Assembly (NCBI GenBank): GCA_965250285.1
Contig: OZ252299.1
Coordinates: forward strand, 5,607,966-5,671,965
DNA from: Myxococcota bacterium
GTDB lineage: Bacteria; Myxococcota_A; UBA9160; UBA4427
Length of the DNA stretch: 64,000 nt
Direction: 5' to 3'
Shown: positions 25,496 to 33,932 of the stretch, one piece after another
How the letters are laid out: each line of letters starts with the position of its first letter
Numbering within the stretch: the first letter of the stretch is position 1
The notes under the pieces: generated by a model
The model's input: only the letters and a program-made list of their open reading frames with translations
Told to the model about the DNA's origin: nothing
Database searches by the model: none
Program-made: the position numbers and the translations under genes

Positions 25496-28018
25496 TCAGG
25501 AGGGATCCGTCTGGGGCGCAGCACCACCTGCGCCGCCGTCGAGGGCGCCCAGCGCGGTCTGCGACGGTGCGTGCCGGGGGTCGATCTCGAGCGCGCGTGC
25601 GTAGGCGTCGCGGGCCTTCTCGGGTCGGCTCATCTGCTCGAGGGCCTGGCCGAGATGCAGCAGGTAGTCGGCGTTCGGCGGCCGTGCGTGGTCGGCCGCG
25701 AAGCTGAACTGGTACATCGCGGCGTCGAAGAGCCCCTTGGCCATGTAGACCCGGCCCAGGGCATCGGCCGCCGCGACCTGATCGCCCGGCACGGCCACGG
25801 CCTCGCGAGCCAGCTGTTCGGCGCGGTCGAGGTCGCCGCCGAGCGCGACGAGCAGCGTCGCGGTGTCGGCCTTCAGCATCGTGAACTGAGCGCCCTCGTC
25901 GAGCGCCTCTTCGAAGAGCGCCAACGCTTCGCTCGCACGGCCCTGCTGCGCGAGCATGCGGCCGAGCACGACCTTGCGGTGCACCGTCAAGGTGCCCCGG
26001 GCGCGCTGCTGTTGGAGCGTCTCGATCACCGCTTCGGGGCTCGAAGCCGCGTTCGCGAGCGTCATCAGGACGGCGAGCGCGTCATCCCCCTGGCCGCGTC
26101 GCAGTGAGAGCGCGCGCTCGGCGTCGGTGCGTGCCGCCTTGGCGTTGCCGATGACCAGCATGAGTCGGGCACGGATCTCGTAGAGCCGCGGATCGAGGCG
26201 ACGCTGCGCGAGGGCATTCTTCACACGCACGAGCGCGACGTTCGGCTCGCCGAGAGCGAGATCGGTCTCGATGAGGGCCTCGAACACGCGTGTGTCTCCG
26301 GGCGTCCGTTCGTGGGCGCCGGCCAGGGCCATGCGCGCGGCGTGCAGGGTCTGCGGGTGGTCGCGCTCGCGTTCGAAGAGCTCGACGGCGGCTTCGTTCG
26401 GAGCATCCGGACGGTCGACGAGGCGGAGCAGCCGGCTCCGCCCGGCGGCCCGTCGACCGAGGTCGTACTCGATCCGCGCGCGCAGGAGCAGCTGATTCGG
26501 GGTGAGGTCGTCGCCCCGGTCGAGCTGTCGGAGCGCAGCGAATGCCGCCTCGGGCTGACCCAGGCGGCGCAGCAGCTCGGCCTTGTGCGCCCACAGCGCG
26601 GCGTCGAACTGCTTCGAGTCTTCGATCTGTCGCTCGACCGTCGCGAGGGCGTCCTCGAGCAGCCCCAACTGCTCTTGCGCGCGAGCCAGCACGCGGAGCG
26701 CCTCATTGTCGCCGGTCGAGGCCGCGATCGGCTGGATCGTCTCGAGCGCCTCGCGCGGCGCGTTGGCCCGCAGCGCCCGGCGCGCGATCAGCAGGCGTGT
26801 CTGGATGTCGTCGGGATGCCGCGCCTGCAGCTCCTCGAGCGCACGAGCCGCATCGGCGGGGCGCCCGTTTCGCGCCTGGATCTGCACGATCTGCGCGAGG
26901 AGGATCGGCGTGTCGTCTCCAGCCTCGATGCGCCCTCGCAGATGAGCCACCGCGTCGGCGCGCCCGCGATCGACCTCGATGGCGCGCGCGACCACGACGT
27001 GCGTGCGCGAGTCGTCGCCGGCCTGATCGAGCAGGGCCTCGACGATGGGCTGCGTCGGTTGGCCCGCGTTGCGCGCCAGCTGGATGCGCGACTCCCAGCG
27101 ATCGATGCGCTTCGGTTCGAGCTCGGTGAGCCGTTCGACCGCAAAGAGCATCGATGCGCGGTCGCCCCGCGAGCGGGCGAATCGCGACAGGGCTTCGAGG
27201 GCGTTCACCTCGGCCGCCGTGTCACCGCGGGCGGCTTCGACCGCGGCTCGGTACTGCGTCATGGCGTCGTCCTGGCGACCGGGCCAGCCCGCGAGCAGCT
27301 TCGCCTTCGAGATGAGGACGGTCGACAGCTCTGTCCCGCCCTTCGCGATGTAGGCGTCGTAGGCCCGGAGCGCCGCCTGGAAGTCGGCGGGGTTCAGCAC
27401 CGTGCGCCCGGGCTTGAGCCGAAGGATGCGGATGCGCGTGCCGTAGACGCGGGCCCGAGTCCACTCGACGTCGGCGAGATCGGGGGCCTGGGCCTCGGCC
27501 TCTTGGACGCGGCGCACGGCGGCCCCGTGATCGTCGTTCAGGGCGTCGGCTTCGGCGCCGACGAGCAGCGCATTGACGTGACCGGGGGCGTCGGCGAGCA
27601 CCGCCGTGGCGATCTCGGCGGCCCGTTTCGGGTCGCTGAAGAGCAGCGCCCGAGCGAGGTCGACCCTGTAGTCGTGCTGGCCGGGGTCGAGCGCGACCGC
27701 TTCTTCGAGATAGAGCTGCGCCTCTTCGACGACGCCGAGCCGCAACATCGCGCGGCCGAGCAGCGCATGGGCGCGGGGGTTGCTCGGGTCGAGCTCGACG
27801 GCGTTGCGAAGCTCGATCGCGGCTTCCCGCACGTCGAGCACACCGCGCGGATCGTCGAGCAGGCGCTCGCCCTCGGCGACGTGGTCGGCGGCGCGCTCTT
27901 CGGGCCCCTTGCAAGCGACCCCGAGCATGGCGACGCACGCGAACACCGCGGCGAGCCCGAACACCGCGCCGCGCCGGGCGGGCCGGCGCGGCGATTGGTC
28001 GGTCCATCCCGAACGCAT
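25496..28018 (-). CDS. TPR-repeat lipoprotein, PrsT-like (PEP-CTERM system TPR lipoprotein candidate)
   Basis: 840 aa. Signal/lipobox AMLGVAC. TPR-like repeats throughout. Its start lies 8 nt after the stop of the upstream TPR gene, with GAGG in between. Confidence 0.75.
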   Translation of the reverse strand: MRSGWTDQSPRRPARRGAVFGLAAVFACVAMLGVACKGPEERAADHVAEGERLLDDPRGVLDVREAAIELRNAVELDPSNPRAHALLGRAMLRLGVVEEAQLYLEEAVALDPGQHDYRVDLARALLFSDPKRAAEIATAVLADAPGHVNALLVGAEADALNDDHGAAVRRVQEAEAQAPDLADVEWTRARVYGTRIRILRLKPGRTVLNPADFQAALRAYDAYIAKGGTELSTVLISKAKLLAGWPGRQDDAMTQYRAAVEAARGDTAAEVNALEALSRFARSRGDRASMLFAVERLTELEPKRIDRWESRIQLARNAGQPTQPIVEALLDQAGDDSRTHVVVARAIEVDRGRADAVAHLRGRIEAGDDTPILLAQIVQIQARNGRPADAARALEELQARHPDDIQTRLLIARRALRANAPREALETIQPIAASTGDNEALRVLARAQEQLGLLEDALATVERQIEDSKQFDAALWAHKAELLRRLGQPEAAFAALRQLDRGDDLTPNQLLLRARIEYDLGRRAAGRSRLLRLVDRPDAPNEAAVELFERERDHPQTLHAARMALAGAHERTPGDTRVFEALIETDLALGEPNVALVRVKNALAQRRLDPRLYEIRARLMLVIGNAKAARTDAERALSLRRGQGDDALAVLMTLANAASSPEAVIETLQQQRARGTLTVHRKVVLGRMLAQQGRASEALALFEEALDEGAQFTMLKADTATLLVALGGDLDRAEQLAREAVAVPGDQVAAADALGRVYMAKGLFDAAMYQFSFAADHARPPNADYLLHLGQALEQMSRPEKARDAYARALEIDPRHAPSQTALGALDGGAGGAAPQTDPS

Positions 28019-28026
28019 GAAGCGCC

Positions 28027-30459
28027 TCAGGACTCCCTCAGCTGATCGAGCGCCGCCTGTGCCTCCTGCGCCTCGGGGAAGGTGTCGCCGCCGAGTGCCT
28101 TGGTCAGGATCTCGCGCGCTCCCTCCTTGTCGCCGCTCGCCGAGCGAGCGAGACCGAGTCGGTACTCGATCGACGGCGAGTCGGGACGCGCATCGAGTGC
28201 GCGCGTCAGGACGGTGATGGCCTGGTCGACATCGCCCCGCTTGAGGTGCACGTAGCCCAGGGTGTCGAGGGTCTCAGCCGTGCGATCGAGGCGCACCGCC
28301 CGCTGGGCGAACGCGAGCGCATCGTCGAGCCGCTGACCGCCCTGGGCGAGCAGGAAGGCGAGATCGTTGTTGGCACCGAGGTGGCCCGGGTCGAGCTCTA
28401 CGGCCGCGCGCAGCCGCTCCACGGCGCCATCGATGTCCCCCATCATCAACGACACCTGGGCGCCCGAGTAGAAGTACGCGGCCGTGTCGTCCGATGCTTC
28501 TGCGGCCTTGTCGTAGTAGATGCGCGCCTCATCGAAGCGACCGGCCTCACGCGCGAGCGAGCCCATGCCGTCGAGCGAGAGCGCGAAGTCGGGGTCGGCC
28601 GCGAGCACCTGCTCGAACTTCTTGCGCGCCTGATCCGAGCGTCCCGTCGCGGCCAGCACACGGGCGTGCAGGTCGATGTTCGTGAGCGACTCCGGGTTCT
28701 TCGCCGCGGCGCTGGCGACGCGGCGCTGGGCCTCGTCGCCTCGGCCGACCTCGAGCAGGTTGGTCGCGAGTGCGCGAAGGACCTCGACGTTCGTTGCTGC
28801 ATCGAGATCGATCGGCGCCTCGAGGATCGCATCGGCCGCGGCCTGGGGGCCCTCCCTGCGGCGCTTCAGCTCGGCGAACTCGACGTAGGGCCGAGCGCTC
28901 TCGGGCTCGCGCGTCTTGAGGTTCTGCAGGACGCCTTCGGCTTGCTCCCAGTTCTCGAGCTCGATGTGCGAGCGCGCTGCGATGACGTGCGCGCGGTCGT
29001 TGATGAAGGGCCGCTTGGTCATCTGTCGCGAGGCGAACTGCTGCGCGTTGCCCCAGGCGCCCTGGCCGTAGTAGATCTCGGCGAGCCGGAGTGCTGCGTC
29101 CGTCTCGCTCTCGCCCACGCGCACCGCCTCGCGGAACTCCGTGATGGCGCGCTCTTCGTCGCCGACGCCGAGGGCGGCGCGACCGGCGAGATAGCGTGCG
29201 CCGGCGTTGTTCGGCCAGAGCCGCAGGCCCGTCTCGAGCTTGGCCAGCGCAGCCGCCGGCTCGTCGCGCTCGAGCAGGATCGCGCCGTCGAGCAGGTTGC
29301 GGTAGCTCGGCTCGTTGATCGAAGCGGCGACCTCTTCTGCGCGGTCGAGGTCGCCCTCTTCGATGAGCATGTCGGCGAGCGCGAATCGCAGCGGCGGCGT
29401 CACGTTGCCCGAGCGCTCCATGGCGGCCTCGAGGGCTTCACGTGCCTTGCCGGGCTCGCCGAGCTTGCGATAGAAGCTCGACAGCATGCGCCAGGCCTGG
29501 GGCGTGTCGAAGAGCTCGACCGTCTCCTGCAAGAACGCTTCGCCCTCTTCGCGGTGCGCTTCGTCCGAGAGCAGATCGGCGAGCTTGCCGCGCAGCCCGA
29601 GGTCTTCGGGCGTCGCATCGACCGCCTTGCGCCAGACGTCGATCGCCTTCGCGGGCTGTCCCGTCTCGATATAGAAGTCGGCGACCCACTGCTGCACGAG
29701 CGGGTTGGCGGGATACGCCTCGAGGCATTCGTCGAACTGCTCGGCGGCCTTCTCGTCTTCTTTCTGGCTGCGGTAGAAGGTCGCGACGGCCGAGCACTTG
29801 CGGGCCGCGTCATCGTCGTTGCCCGACGCGCTCGCGCGCTCGTACAGACCCTGCCAGAGCGCCTCGGCCTCATCGACGCGATTGAGGTCGATCAGCGCGC
29901 CACCGCGCAGGCTGGTCGCGGCCGTATCGTCGGGACGCAGCGCCAGGATGGCGTCGGCGTCTTCGAGCGTCTTCTCGGGCTGACCGGCGACGAGGTTCGC
30001 GTTCGCGCGCGTGAAGAGCGCGGTCACGTTCTCGGGCTCGAGATCGAGCACCTTCGTTGCCGCGCGGACGGCTTCTTCATTGGTGCCGTTCTGCATCAAG
30101 GTCGACGCGAGCAGCAGGCCGGCCGGGACCGCGTGGCTGTCGGTCTGGCTCGCCTTCTGGAGCGGCCAGACCGCCAGGCTCGGTCGACCGGTCTGGACGA
30201 GGGCGATGCCGAGCCGGTAGTTGGCCTCGGGGTGATCGGGCTCGTCCGACAGCACCTGGCGAAGGGGGGCGATCGACGGATCGAACTGGCCCGCTTCCTG
30301 GAGCGAGCGGATCTCGGACATCTTCGTCTCGGTGCCCCCCTGGCAGCCGATGCCCAGGGCGACGATCGAGGTGAGCGTCCACAGCACGAGCGAGTGCTGA
30401 AAACGCGGCAACTGTCCGAAAAGAGTGCGCTTTTCGGGCGAGGGGGGAAAAGGCGACAT
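28027..30459 (-). CDS. TPR-repeat lipoprotein, PrsT-like
   Basis: Within ORF 28027..30618; ATG 30459 gives MSPFPPSPEKRTLF...SIVALGIGC (lipobox). TPR repeats run to the C-terminus. Confidence 0.75.
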   Translation of the reverse strand: MSPFPPSPEKRTLFGQLPRFQHSLVLWTLTSIVALGIGCQGGTETKMSEIRSLQEAGQFDPSIAPLRQVLSDEPDHPEANYRLGIALVQTGRPSLAVWPLQKASQTDSHAVPAGLLLASTLMQNGTNEEAVRAATKVLDLEPENVTALFTRANANLVAGQPEKTLEDADAILALRPDDTAATSLRGGALIDLNRVDEAEALWQGLYERASASGNDDDAARKCSAVATFYRSQKEDEKAAEQFDECLEAYPANPLVQQWVADFYIETGQPAKAIDVWRKAVDATPEDLGLRGKLADLLSDEAHREEGEAFLQETVELFDTPQAWRMLSSFYRKLGEPGKAREALEAAMERSGNVTPPLRFALADMLIEEGDLDRAEEVAASINEPSYRNLLDGAILLERDEPAAALAKLETGLRLWPNNAGARYLAGRAALGVGDEERAITEFREAVRVGESETDAALRLAEIYYGQGAWGNAQQFASRQMTKRPFINDRAHVIAARSHIELENWEQAEGVLQNLKTREPESARPYVEFAELKRRREGPQAAADAILEAPIDLDAATNVEVLRALATNLLEVGRGDEAQRRVASAAAKNPESLTNIDLHARVLAATGRSDQARKKFEQVLAADPDFALSLDGMGSLAREAGRFDEARIYYDKAAEASDDTAAYFYSGAQVSLMMGDIDGAVERLRAAVELDPGHLGANNDLAFLLAQGGQRLDDALAFAQRAVRLDRTAETLDTLGYVHLKRGDVDQAITVLTRALDARPDSPSIEYRLGLARSASGDKEGAREILTKALGGDTFPEAQEAQAALDQLRES

Positions 30460-30874
30460 GGGGCGCGTCGTGCCTCCTGGGGTCGAGGGGAGCCAGAGCA
30501 TAGAGGGATCTTCAGCGCGATCCAAGCAAGAACGCGGCCAGACATCCGATCTCCGCTCGGGACGTGGGTGGCCCGACCGTGCGCGAAGGTGATCACCTCG
30601 CTCGACGGTGCTCTGCACGACTCATCTGCCCTGCGAAGCGTCCGGTGGACGCCCGCGCGGGACGCGATGCGGGCGGGCGGACCGGTTGCCACTGTGATGT
30701 TCGGTGCGGTGTGGGAAGTCGCTTTCCTACATTGGGAACGCCCTTGGAGTCGGTCGAAAGACATTTCCCATCTGAGAAGCGACTGAAGAGCCTCTCGTTC
30801 AGAATTCGAGACTCTGAGGCCGACCTGAACAGGTCGCCCGCGGGGTTCCAGATGCCGCGCAGCGGGGCTGCGCG

Positions 30875-30891
30875 TGGCACAGCCTGTGCAT
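30875..30891 (+). promoter_or_regulatory. sigma54 (-24/-12) promoter candidate
   Basis: TGGCAC-AGCCT-GTGCAT. The GG and GC dinucleotides have the canonical spacing of TGGCAC-N5-TTGCW. It points toward the PEP-CTERM gene about 600 nt downstream. Confidence 0.4.
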
Positions 30892-31498
30892 TTGTGAGCC
30901 CCCGGTCGATGGCCCGGAAGGGGCTGCGCCGCGCGCAGGGCACGGCTTCGGGCTCGATCGGTCGAGTGATACGGTCCGCGTGGAAATGTCTCTAGAGCGG
31001 AAAAAACGGCCCTAGAGCCTCAAAATGGTGGACAAATCACACGGCAGAGATGCAGAATCACCCCACCGATCGCACCCTCGTCCGCTCAAGTTGCTCGGCG
31101 GTCGGAGAAGAGGGTGGGGTCGCTGCTCGATCTGCCGGTCGATGCGGAAAGCGGAAGCGAGAGCTGACGCAGAAGCAGAAGCAGAAGCCGAAACAGAAGC
31201 TGAAGTCGAACGCGGCGCTGGAGCCATGCGGAGTGGAAGCCGAGTCGAAAGCCGACGCTGGATCAGTGGTCGACTGAGATTCAAGGCGCAAAAAGCACGA
31301 AAGCCACGAAACCAGGATCCAGAGTCGACGGCAGCGAGCGGTCTGCACCACGCAAGTCCCGGTTGTGCCAAGCGATTTCAAGCGCGGCCGGCGCCTTGTG
31401 AGACCAGGACCGAAGGAAAGACGCGCAAGTCAAGCAAGACAGAGAGACGGCAAGACAGGCAGAGCAACACAACAGCAAGTGAGAGAACCACAAAAGGG

Positions 31499-32473
31499 AT
31501 GCACATGATGTTACGCAAGTTCTTAGTGCTTCTGGCGGCTCTCGGCTTGATCGTGAGCACCGCCGGAACGGCGGCAGCCGGTGTCCTGGCGGCCCCGGAT
31601 TCGGAGTTCACGTTCAGGCTGGGCAGCCTCGCCCCGATCAGCGTCACGGGTTCGTACCAGGACGGCGGCAACGCCACGCTCAGCGACAATGGCGCTGCGC
31701 ACGACCTGGTCGAGACGGGCGGCATCTGGGCGACCGCTGGCAAGGCGGCCGGTACGAGCCTCTTCACGGGCGTCGCGCTGATCACGGACCTCGTCCTGTC
31801 GGCGACCGACGACTCGGGCACCTTCACCGCGAGCTTCTCGGCCCCGAACTCGGTGGGCGGCAACCTCAGCGGTGGTGGCCAGACGGTCTACTCGGGCACC
31901 CTGTGCCCGACGGGCTGCCTCGGCGGCACGGCCGGCATCACCGGTCAGCTCGTCGTTCAGGTGGCCGGCGCGCCGTTCCCCTACGCCCTGGGCGTCGTGG
32001 GTATCGGTGGCAAGCAGACCCTGACCATCGGCACCGACCAGATCGTCGCCACGGGCGGCCCCTGGCTCACGGGTAAGATGCGCATCACGGGCGTTACGAC
32101 GAACGTGATCCAGCTGCCCAACCGCCCGGGCTCGCCGACGGGTGTCGGCGTCACGCTGAACCCGACCTCGATGGAGGAGGTGAAGACCTTCACCACGATG
32201 GGTGGCTTCCGCACGGACAACGAGGGTGCCCCGATCCTGACGCAGGGTACGGTGACCGTCAGCGGCACGAACGCGCTCGCATCGGCTTCGGCCGCGGGCA
32301 CGGTGACGCTGATCTCGCCGCTCCGCGTCGACACCGGGCCGCTCGCGGTCGGCACCATCCCGGGCGTCGCGACCAAGAAGTTCGTGTTCGCCCCCGAGCC
32401 GGGCACGCTGCTGCTGCTCGCTTCGGGCGCCGCGGGTCTGGTCCTGATCGGACGACGCCGGATCAACAAGTAG
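31499..32473 (+). CDS. PEP-CTERM sorting-domain secreted protein, Gly/Thr/Ser-rich (paralog 1)
   Basis: Within ORF 31025..32473. The upstream part has A-ending codons and looks non-coding. MHMMLRKFLVLLAALGLIVSTAGTAAAG is a signal peptide (alternative ATG 31505/31508). C-terminal APEPGTLLLLASGAAGLVLIGRRRINK gives PEP + TM + basic tail. Confidence 0.85.
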   Translation: MHMMLRKFLVLLAALGLIVSTAGTAAAGVLAAPDSEFTFRLGSLAPISVTGSYQDGGNATLSDNGAAHDLVETGGIWATAGKAAGTSLFTGVALITDLVLSATDDSGTFTASFSAPNSVGGNLSGGGQTVYSGTLCPTGCLGGTAGITGQLVVQVAGAPFPYALGVVGIGGKQTLTIGTDQIVATGGPWLTGKMRITGVTTNVIQLPNRPGSPTGVGVTLNPTSMEEVKTFTTMGGFRTDNEGAPILTQGTVTVSGTNALASASAAGTVTLISPLRVDTGPLAVGTIPGVATKKFVFAPEPGTLLLLASGAAGLVLIGRRRINK

Positions 32474-32511
32474 GTCTCCGACCTCCTTCGCTGATCCAGC
32501 GGACGAAATGA

Positions 32512-32550
32512 GGCGGTCACCCCGAAAGGGGTGGCCGCCTTCTTCGTTTT
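32512..32550 (+). terminator. rho-independent terminator
   Basis: GGCGGTCACCCC-GAAA-GGGGTGGCCGCC (12-bp stem with one G-U pair), followed by TTCTTCGTTTT. Confidence 0.8.
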
Positions 32551-32767
32551 GGGGCCCGTGCCGCCGAGCTCGAGGTCAGCCAGCTTTGACCCGCGGGGAA
32601 CACATTCGTGCGCGGGCCGGCCCAAAAATTCTCGACTTTGCCTGACCCGGTCTTCAAAATGATCCTGTCGGAAGTTCCGACGCTGTGTCTTTCGTCAAAC
32701 ACAGCACCCTCCCATGTCACGGAACCGGCTTGGCTCCGCGGCATACGACATAAGGACTGACTCGAAC

Positions 32768-33736
32768 ATGCTGAAGAAGTTATTGGCAATCGGGGCTGGC
32801 CTCGCCTTGACCATTTCGCTGAGCGGAACGGCCATGGCGGGTGTCTTCAGTGCTCCGGATTCAGAGAGTTTCGTTCAGCTCGGTGGTGGCAACGCCATCA
32901 CCTACCCCGGTACGTACCAGGGTGGCGGCTACGCAACGCTGAGCGACAACGGCTCTGCGCACGACCTGACGGTCGGCGCGGACGTCTTCGTGACGACGGC
33001 CAACAATGCAGGGACCAGCCTCTTCACGGGCCTGGCTCTCATTACCGACCTCGTGATCACGGCGGCGAACAACAGTGGCAACTACACCGCGAGCTTCTCG
33101 GCCCCGAACTCGGTGGGCGGCAACCTCAGCGGTGGTGGCCAGACGGTGTACTCCGGCACGATCTGCCCGACGGGCTGCCTCGGCGGCACGTCGTCGGTCG
33201 ACGGCCAGACCGTCGTTCTCGTGGCCGGTGGTGTGCCCTTCCCGCTTCCGACGTCGGTGCTCGGTGTCGGCGGCAAGACGACGCTGGTGCTCGGTACCGA
33301 TCAGCTCGTCGTGACCGGTGGCCCCTGGCTCACGGGTAAGATGCGCATCACGGGCATCACGACGAACGTGATCTCGCTGCCGAACCGCCCGGGCGCGCCC
33401 ACGGGTGTCGGCGTCACGCTGCAGCCTTCGTCGATGGAGGAGGTCAAGACCTTCACCACGATGGGTGGCTTCCGCACGACGAACGAAGGCGCCCCGATCC
33501 TGACGCAGGGTACGGTGACCGTCAGTGGCACGAACGCGCTCGCTTCGGCTTCGGCCGCGGGCACGGTGACGCTGATCTCGCCCCTGCGCATCGACACGGG
33601 TCCGCTCGGCATCGGCACCATCCCCGGCATCGTGAAGAACACGTACGTGTTCGTGCCCGAGCCGGGCACGCTCCTGCTGCTCGCTTCGGGTGGTGTGGGC
33701 CTCGTCCTTCTGGGACGCCGCCGGATGAACAAGTAG
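32768..33736 (+). CDS. PEP-CTERM sorting-domain secreted protein, Gly/Thr/Ser-rich (paralog 2)
   Basis: Within ORF 32714..33736; ATG 32768 gives MLKKLLAIGAGLALTISLSGTAMAG, with AAGGA upstream. C-terminal VPEPGTLLLLASGGVGLVLLGRRRMNK. Long identical runs with paralog 1. Confidence 0.85.
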   Translation: MLKKLLAIGAGLALTISLSGTAMAGVFSAPDSESFVQLGGGNAITYPGTYQGGGYATLSDNGSAHDLTVGADVFVTTANNAGTSLFTGLALITDLVITAANNSGNYTASFSAPNSVGGNLSGGGQTVYSGTICPTGCLGGTSSVDGQTVVLVAGGVPFPLPTSVLGVGGKTTLVLGTDQLVVTGGPWLTGKMRITGITTNVISLPNRPGAPTGVGVTLQPSSMEEVKTFTTMGGFRTTNEGAPILTQGTVTVSGTNALASASAAGTVTLISPLRIDTGPLGIGTIPGIVKNTYVFVPEPGTLLLLASGGVGLVLLGRRRMNK

Positions 33737-33774
33737 GCCGACGACCTACTTCGCTGATCCAGCGAACGAACCGA

Positions 33775-33813
33775 GGCGGTCACCCCGAGAGGGGTGGCCG
33801 CCTTCTTCGTTTC
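33775..33813 (+). terminator. rho-independent terminator (duplicate of 32512-32550)
   Basis: GGCGGTCACCCC-GAGA-GGGGTGGCCGCC followed by TTCTTCGTTTC. The flanking CGCTGATCCAGCG is also conserved. Confidence 0.8.
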
Positions 33814-33932
33814 GGGGCTCGCGAAGCGGCGGCACGCTTCGATTCTCTTGCTCTAAGAGCCCGATTTTGTTAATCAAATCGTTCCGCCGGCGGGCTTGAT
33901 CGCCGGTTCCCCCGATTGGGAGGCGCCCGCCG

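Noticed and set aside
31025-31498. Upstream extension of the first PEP-CTERM ORF, and the 75-aa Lys/Gln-rich ORF 31050..31277.
   Set aside because: The extension frame uses mostly A-ending codons, unlike genuine genes here. The signal peptide begins at 31499-31508. The small ORF has only moderate GC3, overlaps a purine-repeat tract and has no SD. It is left as non-coding leader, though a small basic protein cannot be fully excluded.
31499-33736. Diversity-generating retroelement (template/variable repeat) explanation for the near-identical PEP-CTERM paralogs.
   Set aside because: There is no reverse transcriptase or accessory gene nearby. Differences between the copies are not confined to adenine positions and span whole segments. 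Tandem duplication with gene conversion fits better.
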